From Solirubrobacteraceae bacterium (GTDB lineage Bacteria; Actinomycetota; Thermoleophilia; Solirubrobacterales; Solirubrobacteraceae), in the NCBI GenBank assembly GCA_036267075.1, contig DATAWT010000042.1, positions 4,529-68,528 on the forward strand: 64,000 bases of DNA. The letters are read 5' to 3'. This document shows positions 19,441 through 27,133 of this stretch, piece after piece. The notes below the pieces were generated by a model. That model made no database searches and was not told the origin of the DNA. It worked only from the letters and a program-made list of their open reading frames with translations. The first letter of the stretch is position 1. Each line of letters begins with the position of its first letter. Both the position numbers and the translations under genes were made by a program.

Positions 19441-19580
19441 AAACTTGCTTGTTCGCGTCCTTGCGCGCGCTCCACGCGCGGCGTAAGACGACGACGGCTC
19501 GCCCGCCTGAACAGTTGGTTGCCGTGTGCGCGCCGTCTGTACGATTGGCGCGCGATCGGCCGAGCGACCGCAAACTGCAC

Positions 19581-20345
19581 ATGGCCCTGCCCAGCGACAT
19601 TCAGCGATTCATCGATGAGCAGGCCGAGCGCGCGGCCACGCGCTATGACGACCTGCGGGCCGTCGTGTTCAACGGTACGACGAAGCGCTCACCGGAGGCC
19701 AGCAACACCGATGGCCTGATCGCGATCGTGAGCGGGATCTTCAACCGTGTCGGCGTTGAGGTCGAGGAGATCCGGACGGTGGATCGCGATATCCCGCCGG
19801 GCCTGTGGCCAGACATGCGCGAACACGGCTACGACAGCGACGAGTTCCCCGACATCTACAAAGCCTCGATCGTGCCCGCGAACATCCTGATCATCGCGGG
19901 ACCGATCTGGTTGGGGGACCAGAGCTCGCTGACGCGCAAGATCGTCGAGCGCCTCTACGCCTACTCATCAGACGTCAATGACGCGGGCCAGTGGGCCTAT
20001 TACGGCAAGGTCGGCGCGGCGATCACCACCGGAAACGACGACGGCGGCAAGCATGTCAGCGCCCAGGTTCTCTACGCCTTGCAGCACATCGGACTCACCA
20101 TCCCGCCCCAGTCGGATACCTACTGGACCGGGGAGGCTGGACCTGGGCCCTCCTACCTCGACCCCGTCGCGGGTGGCGAGCACAACGCCTGGGCGACCCG
20201 TAACACGGTCTTCCTGGCCTGGAACGTGCTGCACCTTGCCCGCATGCTCACCGACGCCGGCGGCATCCCCGTGTACGGGAATTCGACGTTCGACTGGGAC
20301 TTGGGGCAGCCAGACCACCCAAACCCCGAGCACCGGCGGTCCTGA
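19581..20345 (+). CDS. Flavodoxin-like fold NAD(P)H-dependent FMN reductase family protein
   Basis: Start at M49 (MALPSD) of track ORF 19437..20345. Contains VVFNGTTKRSPEASNT...IIAGPIWLG...GGKH, typical of the FMN_red/flavodoxin_2 fold. Confidence 0.75.
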   Translation: MALPSDIQRFIDEQAERAATRYDDLRAVVFNGTTKRSPEASNTDGLIAIVSGIFNRVGVEVEEIRTVDRDIPPGLWPDMREHGYDSDEFPDIYKASIVPANILIIAGPIWLGDQSSLTRKIVERLYAYSSDVNDAGQWAYYGKVGAAITTGNDDGGKHVSAQVLYALQHIGLTIPPQSDTYWTGEAGPGPSYLDPVAGGEHNAWATRNTVFLAWNVLHLARMLTDAGGIPVYGNSTFDWDLGQPDHPNPEHRRS

Positions 20346-20349
20346 TCAT

Positions 20350-20368
20350 CCGAAGGCGGCGACTTCGG
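20350..20368 (+). terminator. Short GC hairpin right after the flavodoxin-like gene stop
   Basis: ccgaag-gcggcga-cttcgg (6-bp stem, 7-nt loop) followed by tt. Confidence 0.3.
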
Positions 20369-20446
20369 TTGCCGCAGCCCGCCTACCGCGGTCGAGGCCA
20401 GCGATCGCTCAGAGCCCTACGGCTGTCTCGAGGCACCATGGTCGCG

Positions 20447-21391
20447 TCAGCGTTCGCGCCGGTAGGCGATCAGCGCGCGAGGCAGCCCGGCGATCACAGC
20501 GAGCACTCGCAGCGCCCGCGCGAGGAGAAGGCCCGCCGAGCCTCGACGCGCGAGCGCATGGTCGCCCCGTAGCTGCTCTGCAGGCGGAAACAGCTTGGCC
20601 GCAACGTAGGCGAGGCGCGCCGCATGCGTGGGCCGCGAGCGCAGGTGCGAGATCGAGTACACCGACCGCGGCGCACGGCCTGAGGTAACGGCCCCGACGA
20701 GGTTGTAGTAGTCGGAGCCGCGCGGGCTGATCATGAGGCGTTCGGCAAGTTGGGCGCCCGCGGCGAGGCGCTGCAACCGCGCCGACAGCTCGGACTCGAT
20801 TCCGAGCTCGCGCGCCAGGCTGACGGCTGCTCCCCAGGTCACGTCATCGACGCGCGCAAGCGCCAGTTCGAGATCCTGCCACGGCTTGCTCGTTGGACCG
20901 TCGGCCGGCACCGGGTGAAGCGCCACGTTGAGCGTCGTGAGCACGGGGTCGGTGACGTTGACGCTCGCGCCGCCGACCTCCATTTGCGAGAGGTGCCTGC
21001 CGACCATCGCCCAAACGCGGTCGGCGGCGACACGCTCCATGCCGTGCAGCGTGCGATGCAGATCGACATTCGCCCCGTCGTCGCTGCGCAGGAAGATCCG
21101 GGCGTGATGTTCGTCGGCCTCGATCAGCGGATGCTCCTGTGCGCGGAAGCCGAGCTCGGTGAGCAGTGCCCGCGCGCGCTCGGTGTCATCGGGGCCGACG
21201 AGCAGGTCGCAGTCGCAGTAGACGCGCCGTTCCGGCTGCTCGCTGTAGAGCCGGCGCGCGATAACCGGACCCTTCAGGAGCACCGGCTCGATGGCTCGCG
21301 CACGCATCGCGCGCACGACCTCGGCCGTCCAGCTGTCGACACGCAACCGCAGCGCGGTGGCCACCGCCACGGCGCTGGGGCTCTCACTCAT
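20447..21391 (-). CDS. Uncharacterised nucleotidyltransferase family protein (NTP_transf_5-like)
   Basis: AIEPVLLKGPVIARRLYSEQPERRVYCDCDLLVGPDDTERARALLTELGF matches the hallmark of that family: LLKG ... R.. DxDLLV ... L...GF. Confidence 0.75.
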   Translation of the reverse strand: MSESPSAVAVATALRLRVDSWTAEVVRAMRARAIEPVLLKGPVIARRLYSEQPERRVYCDCDLLVGPDDTERARALLTELGFRAQEHPLIEADEHHARIFLRSDDGANVDLHRTLHGMERVAADRVWAMVGRHLSQMEVGGASVNVTDPVLTTLNVALHPVPADGPTSKPWQDLELALARVDDVTWGAAVSLARELGIESELSARLQRLAAGAQLAERLMISPRGSDYYNLVGAVTSGRAPRSVYSISHLRSRPTHAARLAYVAAKLFPPAEQLRGDHALARRGSAGLLLARALRVLAVIAGLPRALIAYRRER

Positions 21392-21473
21392 CCGTGGTCT
21401 CCGCCGGCCGGAAGCGGGTCGGCGGCCGCCGGCGGAGGAGCAACGCCGCGCGGTTCGATGCCGACGGGCTCGC

Positions 21474-22487
21474 TCAAGCCGGCGAGACGGCGGGTTGCGT
21501 CGCGGGCCGGCTGACCGCGGCCGAGCGAATCAGCGCCTCTATCGCCGGCACGCCCTCGGCGGGAGTGGCGGCTATCGCGCCGTCCGCGTCGATGAGCACC
21601 GCAGACGGCGTTGCGCGCAGCGCATAAAGGCCGAACACTTCGGACCCCTCCTGGGCGAGAGCCACACTCAGCCCCGCGTCGTCGGCAATGCGATCGACCT
21701 CGGAGTGCTCGCCCGAGAAAATCGCCGGAAGTGACACGGCGCCGGCGAGCGACTCCTGCCAGTCGGCGAGCTTCGGCAGCATCGTCAGGCACGGCATGCA
21801 TCGCGTGCTCAGGAACACCAGAATCGTTGGCTGCGGTGGGTTGAGCAGTTCCTCGAGCGTCTCGGCGGCGCCCCTGATCGCGGCAAGAGTGAAGGCGGGA
21901 GCTGCCGCCCCGCGCGGGAGCCCCGGCGGTTGCTTGGCAGCGATGACGGTGGCCAGCTCGCGGCGCAGGCGGCGTCCGTCGCCCCATTGTGCGGCTGCAG
22001 CCAGCCCCAGCACGAGCGCAAGCACCGCGGTGGCGACGAGTGCGTCTTGTGTGCCGTTGAGACTCGCGAGTCCGCCGTCGAGCGATGGTCCGCTGCCTGC
22101 GATCAGGATCAGCAGCGCCGGCGCTGCGAGCACGGCATTGCGCGCGAGCGTCGCGGGACCGGCCGGCTCGGAGTGGATCTGGCCGAAGCAATGACAGTCC
22201 GGTGCCCGCCCTTGCGACATGGCGCGCGCGACGCCGCCAATGAAGACGACCAGCAGCACCAGGGCGCCGGCGGCGCCGGCGACGGCCGTCGGGCGGATCA
22301 GCAGCGCGACCGCGACGGCCAGCTCGCAAAGCGGCAGAGCCACGCCGGCGAGCGCCGCCACTCGCACCGGCACACCGAACTCTCCAAGCGCCGCGCGTGA
22401 CCCCGCCAGATCGAGCAGCTTCCCGGCCGCCGCCAGCAGGAACACGCCCGCCAGAACGCAGCGGGCAGATAACAACAGTGCGCTCAC
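21474..22487 (-). CDS. MauE/DoxX-family membrane protein fused to a TlpA-like thioredoxin domain
   Basis: GTG start. The N-terminal part has four TM-like helices with the CHCFG motif (C98, C100). The C-terminal part is a thioredoxin fold carrying CMPC (C230-C233) in ILVFLSTRCMPCLTMLPKL, then ATPSAVLIDADG. Confidence 0.8.
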   Translation of the reverse strand: MSALLLSARCVLAGVFLLAAAGKLLDLAGSRAALGEFGVPVRVAALAGVALPLCELAVAVALLIRPTAVAGAAGALVLLVVFIGGVARAMSQGRAPDCHCFGQIHSEPAGPATLARNAVLAAPALLILIAGSGPSLDGGLASLNGTQDALVATAVLALVLGLAAAAQWGDGRRLRRELATVIAAKQPPGLPRGAAAPAFTLAAIRGAAETLEELLNPPQPTILVFLSTRCMPCLTMLPKLADWQESLAGAVSLPAIFSGEHSEVDRIADDAGLSVALAQEGSEVFGLYALRATPSAVLIDADGAIAATPAEGVPAIEALIRSAAVSRPATQPAVSPA

Positions 22488-22535
22488 GACTTAATCGTAG
22501 AGGCGCGCCGAGCCTGGAATGGCCGGCTGGCTCCT
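22488..22535. promoter_or_regulatory. 48-bp divergent intergenic region between the MauE-Trx and HprK-like genes
   Basis: Only 48 nt (gacttaatcgtagaggcgcgccgagcctggaatggccggctggctcct) separate the two divergent start codons. It must hold both promoters, or the mRNAs are leaderless. Confidence 0.3.
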
Positions 22536-23369
22536 ATGATCGCGCCGATGAGGCTGAGACGAGACCGCGCGGGATCGATGGCATTCGAAGCGTTTGGGGT
22601 CGCTGCGGAGGTGCGTTTTGGTGCCGCCGAGCTCGAAGCGCACGTGCGCGCGATTCTTCCCCCGGGCTGGCGCGCGTGCGACTCGGCGAGGGCCATCGCC
22701 ACGTTCTCGCTGCAACGTGTGGAGGTCGACAGCTACAGCGTGACCATCAACGGCAGCAGCGCGATCGAGCATGCCAGTCTCGATGTCGCCCTCGGGCTGA
22801 TCGACGCCGACATCCGCATGCTGATCGCGACGAAGACGAGCGACTGGATCTTCGTCCATGCCGGAGTGGTCGCGCTGGGCGATCGCGCACTGGTCCTCCC
22901 GGGTACGAGCTTCTCGGGCAAGAGCACGATCGTGCGCTCGCTAGTCGAGCTCGGCGCGACCTACTACTCAGACGAATACGCCGTGTTCGATGAAGACGGG
23001 ATGGTTCATCCCTATCCGCGGCGGCTCTCGATCCGAAGCGACGACGGCGCGGTGATCACCGAGCACGACGTCCGCGAGCTCGGCGGCGTAGCCGGCGAGG
23101 ACCGGGCAGCGGTGGGGCTCGTCGCACTGATCCGCTACCGCCCCGGCGCGCAGTGGCGGCCGGCGACGATCTCGGCGGGCGAAGGCACGGTCGCCGTGCT
23201 CACCAACACGGTCCCGGCGCAGCAGCGGCCCGGCGACTCGCTGCGCACCGTGGCCCGGGCGCTGCGCGACAGCCGTGTGCTGGTGGGCGACCGCGGCGAG
23301 GCGGGGGTGGCCGCGGAGGCACTGTTTGCGGAGCTAACCGCCGCCGGAAGCGAGGCTCCGCGTTCTTGA
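22536..23369 (+). CDS. HPr-kinase/phosphorylase-like P-loop protein (HprK-related kinase)
   Basis: FVHAGVVALGDRALVLPGTSFSGKSTIVRSLVELGATYYSDEYAVF resembles the HprK C-terminal domain P-loop (G.S..GKS) and the following SD-D/E segment. M5 or M15 are alternative starts. Confidence 0.72.
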   Translation: MIAPMRLRRDRAGSMAFEAFGVAAEVRFGAAELEAHVRAILPPGWRACDSARAIATFSLQRVEVDSYSVTINGSSAIEHASLDVALGLIDADIRMLIATKTSDWIFVHAGVVALGDRALVLPGTSFSGKSTIVRSLVELGATYYSDEYAVFDEDGMVHPYPRRLSIRSDDGAVITEHDVRELGGVAGEDRAAVGLVALIRYRPGAQWRPATISAGEGTVAVLTNTVPAQQRPGDSLRTVARALRDSRVLVGDRGEAGVAAEALFAELTAAGSEAPRS

Positions 23370-23452
23370 CCGCGCGAGCCTGGCGCGGGTGTCCCCCAGC
23401 GTCGGACGAATCTACCCTCGGTAGCGCTGCGTGACTTCGCTACCGTGACGCC

Positions 23453-24067
23453 ATGGCCGATCGACCGCGGGCACGCAGCACCGGCGTCCTCACCGAGCAG
23501 GTCGGCGACGAGCTCGTCGTCTACGACTCGGTCTCGCGCAGCGCGCACTGCCTTTCGGCGGACGCCGCCTCGGTGTGGTCGCTGTGTGACGGGGAGCGCT
23601 CGCCCGCCGGCATCGCCGGAGAGCTCGGCATGGCAGGCGAAAGCGTCGACACCGCGCTGCGTGAGCTCGGTGATGCCGGACTGCTCGAGAGCGTCTTTCG
23701 CCAACAGCAGGGTATTTCGCGACGCGATGCCGCGAAGCGCCTGGCGACGATCGGAGCCGCCGCAGTCAGCGCGCCGCTGATCTACTCGGTGGTGATCCCC
23801 GCCGCCGCGGCGGCAATGTCTGGCACGAGCGGCCCCACCGATCTGTGCGCCGGCAAGAACTGCGACGACCACAACGCCTGCACGATCGACGGATGCAACC
23901 CGCTCAACGGCCAGTGCACCCACACTCCGGTCGTCTGCGACGACAACAATCTCTGCACGATCGACACGTGCGATGTCACGAAGGGCTGCGTTTTCACGCG
24001 AGTGGCAAACGGCACGCCGTGTCAGGACGGGACGTGCCAGGGCGGTGTCTGCGTAAAGACCCCCTGA
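23453..24067 (+). CDS. PqqD/RRE-like domain fused to a twin-arginine-like hydrophobic segment and a 12-Cys repeat domain
   Basis: Residues ~10-80 are PqqD-like (ELVVYDSVSRSAHCLSADAASVWSLCDGERSPAGIAGELG...VDTALRELGDAGLL). Residues 88-121 are ISRRDAAKRLATIGAAAVSAPLIYSVVIPAAAAA. Residues 132-200 are CAGKNCDDHNACTIDGCNPLNGQCTHTPVVCDDNNLCTIDTCDVTKGCVFTRVANGTPCQDGTCQGGVC. Confidence 0.8.
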   Translation: MADRPRARSTGVLTEQVGDELVVYDSVSRSAHCLSADAASVWSLCDGERSPAGIAGELGMAGESVDTALRELGDAGLLESVFRQQQGISRRDAAKRLATIGAAAVSAPLIYSVVIPAAAAAMSGTSGPTDLCAGKNCDDHNACTIDGCNPLNGQCTHTPVVCDDNNLCTIDTCDVTKGCVFTRVANGTPCQDGTCQGGVCVKTP

Positions 24068-24189
24068 ACCGCTCGGACGCCGGCTTGAGCGTCGTGCGGT
24101 TTGCATTGGTGCTGGAGCCGGTTTCGAGGTTGCCGTTGGGGACGGCATAGTCGCCAGCGCGGATCGTTACGGTCATCACATCGCGCTGA

Positions 24190-24217
24190 GCGGTCGGTCG
24201 CTCACGCAACCGACCGC
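24190..24217. terminator. GC hairpin between convergent genes
   Basis: gcggtcggt (24190-24198) pairs with accgaccgc (24209-24217): a 9-bp stem with a 10-nt loop. It sits between the stop of the PqqD-fusion gene and the stop of the VOC gene. There is no U-tract. Confidence 0.35.
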
Positions 24218-24247
24218 GTCACGTGAGCGTCGGCGATCGCGCCGCCG

Positions 24248-24631
24248 TCACGCCTCCTGCGCCGCCACGATCAGCAGCTGGTTGCCGTCGCCGTCGCGGA
24301 CGAAGAACATCAGCGGCACCGTCCCGTCGCCGCCCATCAGCTCGGCGTCGACGTCGACGCCGGCGTCCTTCAGCTCAGCGTGGTCAGCGCGCGGATCGGG
24401 CGAGGTGAGCGCGATGCCGGTCATCCGGCCCGGCGTGAATTCGCCGCGCCCTGGGCTCAGCGCCAGCGCCGCGCCGCCTCCGGGCGGCGAGACCTCGACC
24501 CAGCGGTCGCCGTGGCCGAACGGCGTGTCGGCGGTCAGCGTAAAACCGAGTCGCTCGGTGTAGAAGGCGATCGCCGCGTCCTGGTCGGCGACCGGCACGA
24601 TTACACGGCCCACCTGCGTTATCTGCGGCAC
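24248..24631 (-). CDS. VOC (glyoxalase/bleomycin-resistance) family protein
   Basis: 127 aa. Contains IAFYTERLGF...RWVEVSPPGG...FFVRDGDGNQLLIV, typical VOC beta-alpha-beta-beta-beta modules. Confidence 0.82.
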   Translation of the reverse strand: MPQITQVGRVIVPVADQDAAIAFYTERLGFTLTADTPFGHGDRWVEVSPPGGGAALALSPGRGEFTPGRMTGIALTSPDPRADHAELKDAGVDVDAELMGGDGTVPLMFFVRDGDGNQLLIVAAQEA

Positions 24632-24688
24632 GTCAGTCTCCTTGGTCGCAATTTGTTCTTGCCAATAGGACGCCCTGCGGCGGTGAAA

Positions 24689-26224
24689 CTAATCGCCGCC
24701 GAGCGCTGCGCTGGCCGCGAAGGTCGGCGGCCGGCGTGCGCTCGCGGCCCGCTCGAATCCGTGCGCGAGGCCGATCAGCCGCGCCTCACTCCACGCTGTC
24801 CCGACGAAGGAGATCCCGACCGGCAGGCCGTGCACGAACCCCGCCGGCACCGTGACGTGCGGGTAGCCGGCGACGGCCGCCGGTGTCGAGAAGCTCCCTC
24901 CGTAGTGGTCGCCGTTGACGAGATCGGTCAGCCATGCGGGCCCGCCGGTCGGGGCGACCAGCGCGTCGAGTGAGTCCGCGCGCAGCGTTGCGTCGATCCC
25001 CTCGCGGCGAGCGACGCGGCGGCATGTCGACAGCGAGCGCAGGTACTCCGGGCTCTTCAAGTCGCCACGCGCCTGCGCCTGTTCGAAGAACTCCTGGCCG
25101 AACCAGCGCAGCTCCTCGGCCGTATGGGCCGTGTTCCAATCGATCACATCGGCGAGCGACTGAACGGGCGCCTGCGGCATGAATTCGGGAAGCCAGCCGG
25201 CGACACCGGCCTTGAGCTCGGTCAGCAGGACGTCGAGCTCAGCCTCCTGCAGCTCAGCTGCGAGCTGGAGCTCGACTGGGTCGACCAGCACGGCACCCTT
25301 CGCCGCCAGCAGACGCAGCGCGTCCTCGATCACTTCATCGACCGCCGGACTGGAGCCGAACTCGCTACGCACCACACCGAGGCGCGCACCCTTCAGTGCG
25401 TTTCCGCGCAGCGCCTTCGCATAGTCGGCGAACTTCGCCTCACTCGTCGCGGCGTCGTGGGCATCGACGCCGGCGATCGCGGCGAGAAGCGCCGCGGCGT
25501 CAGCGACGGTGCGCCCGATCGGCCCGGCCGTGTCCTGGCTGTGGGAGATCGGGATGATCCCGTCGCGGCTAACAAGGCCGACGGTCGGCTTGATCCCGAC
25601 GACCCCGTTGGCGTTTGCGGGTGAGACGATCGAGCCGTCCGTCTCGGTGGCGACCGCGACCGCGGCGAAGTTAGAGGCGACGGCGGCCGCCGATCCAGAG
25701 CTCGAGCCGCTCGGGTTGCGATCGAGCGCATAGGGATTTCTCGTCTGCCCGCCGCGGGCGCTCCATCCACTCGTCGAATGTGACGAGCGGATGTTCGCCC
25801 ACTCGCTGAGGTTGGTCTTGCCGAGGATCACGGCTCCGGCGTCGCGAAGGCGCGCGACGAGGTGGGAGTCGCGGATCGCCGTCACGCCGGCGAGGGCTAG
25901 CGAACCCGCCGACGTCGACATCCGATCGCCCGTGGCGATGTTGTCCTTGATCAGCACGGGGATGCCGTGCAGGGGTCCGCGCGGTCCGGTCGTCTCGCGT
26001 TCGCGGTCGAGCGCTCGGGCGATCGCCGAGGCGTCGGGGTTCATCTCGATCACCGAGCCGACCGACGGGCCATGGCGGTCGAGCGCGCGGATCCGCGCGG
26101 TGTAGGCAGCCGTGAGCGCCTGGGCGCTGAGGCGACCGGCGCCCATCTCGGCCTGCAGCTGGTCGACCGTGGCCTCGAGGTGGCGAAAGCGGGCGCCGGG
26201 CGTCGTGGAAGCCACGGCGGACAC
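24689..26224 (-). CDS. Amidase (amidase-signature family)
   Basis: GIPVLIKDNI...GSSSGSAAAVA...GTDTGGS-like ATETDGSIVSPA. The start is uncertain: GTG at V35 or V38 of track ORF 24689..26326. Confidence 0.82.
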   Translation of the reverse strand: MSAVASTTPGARFRHLEATVDQLQAEMGAGRLSAQALTAAYTARIRALDRHGPSVGSVIEMNPDASAIARALDRERETTGPRGPLHGIPVLIKDNIATGDRMSTSAGSLALAGVTAIRDSHLVARLRDAGAVILGKTNLSEWANIRSSHSTSGWSARGGQTRNPYALDRNPSGSSSGSAAAVASNFAAVAVATETDGSIVSPANANGVVGIKPTVGLVSRDGIIPISHSQDTAGPIGRTVADAAALLAAIAGVDAHDAATSEAKFADYAKALRGNALKGARLGVVRSEFGSSPAVDEVIEDALRLLAAKGAVLVDPVELQLAAELQEAELDVLLTELKAGVAGWLPEFMPQAPVQSLADVIDWNTAHTAEELRWFGQEFFEQAQARGDLKSPEYLRSLSTCRRVARREGIDATLRADSLDALVAPTGGPAWLTDLVNGDHYGGSFSTPAAVAGYPHVTVPAGFVHGLPVGISFVGTAWSEARLIGLAHGFERAASARRPPTFAASAALGGD

Positions 26225-26256
26225 TGTATGCGCGGAGCCCTTGCTAGCGTGCGGCG

Positions 26257-27123
26257 ATCTTCGGCGGCATCGAGCTCGGGGGCACAAAGACCGTCTGGGC
26301 GGTCGGCGACGCCACGCAGGCGCCACGCGAGCACGGCGAGTTTCCGACCGGCGAGCCTCGCGAGACTCTCGATCGAGCGCTCGGCTGCATCGAGGCTGTC
26401 GGGAGCGTCAGTGCTGTCGGCGTCGCCGCGTTCGGCCCGATCGATCTCGCGACCGGGACGGTGCTCCAGACGCCGAAGCACGACTGGCGCGGCGCGGAGG
26501 TTCTCGCGATCGTGCGCGAGCGCGTACTGGTTCCAATCGGGTTGGACACCGACGTCGGCGCGGCCGCGCTCGCCGAGCAGCGCCTCGGAGCCGCGCGGGG
26601 GCTGAGCGACTGCGTGTATCTGACCGTCGGGACCGGGATCGGGGGCGGCGCAATCGTGGGCGGCTCGATCGTTCACGGCGCGGGGCACCCCGAAATGGGT
26701 CACGTTCACGTTCCGCGCCACCCGCGCGACATCGAAGCGGCCTTTACGGGCGTCTGCCCGTATCACCTCGACGGCTGCCTCGAGGGACTCGCCAGCGGCC
26801 CCGCGATCGCCGCGCGTCACGGCGTGCCGGCGCAGGAGCTTGCGAGCGACGACGAAGCCTGGGAGATCGAGGCGCACTACCTGGCGCACGCTGTCGCAAA
26901 CCTCGTCGCGACGCTTCGGCCGCAGCGGATCATCCTCGGCGGCGGCGTGATGTCGGCCGAAGGACTACGCGGGCGCGTCCAGCGAAGGCTCGTGCCGCTC
27001 GTCAACCCCGACTACATCGACGTCGGCGACGGCCACGACTACGTGGTCGCGCCCGGCCTCGGACACTTGTCTGGCGTCACCGGCGCAACACTGCTTGCCG
27101 AGCAAGCGCTCGCCGCAAGTTAG
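26257..27123 (+). CDS. ROK-family sugar kinase (fructokinase/glucokinase-like); no canonical start codon for the N-terminal ATP-binding segment
   Basis: The in-frame upstream sequence reads AIFGGIELGGTKTVWAV...AAFGPIDL, then the track ORF (GTG 26461) continues ...LTVGTGIGGGAIV...GHPEMGH...CPYHLDGCLE (ROK zinc motif). An in-frame stop lies at 26245-26247 and there is no ATG/GTG/TTG before 26461. Confidence 0.75.
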   Translation: MFGGIELGGTKTVWAVGDATQAPREHGEFPTGEPRETLDRALGCIEAVGSVSAVGVAAFGPIDLATGTVLQTPKHDWRGAEVLAIVRERVLVPIGLDTDVGAAALAEQRLGAARGLSDCVYLTVGTGIGGGAIVGGSIVHGAGHPEMGHVHVPRHPRDIEAAFTGVCPYHLDGCLEGLASGPAIAARHGVPAQELASDDEAWEIEAHYLAHAVANLVATLRPQRIILGGGVMSAEGLRGRVQRRLVPLVNPDYIDVGDGHDYVVAPGLGHLSGVTGATLLAEQALAAS

Positions 27124-27133
27124 CCTTTTGCAG

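Noticed and set aside
23994-24209. A minus-strand small ORF (from an internal Met, MTVTIRAGDYAVPNGNLETGSSTNANRTTLKPASERFRG...) lies just downstream of the PqqD-fusion gene. I considered it as a possible lasso/RiPP precursor because of a loose Y-x-x-P ... G ... T pattern.
   Set aside because: The spacing does not fit the lasso leader motif Y-x2-P-x-L-x3-G. No Asp/Glu sits at core positions 7-9 after any plausible cleavage site. No cyclase gene is present. The ORF has no stop until it has run 74 nt antisense into the neighbouring gene, and its 5' end overlaps a probable terminator hairpin. It is more likely non-coding.
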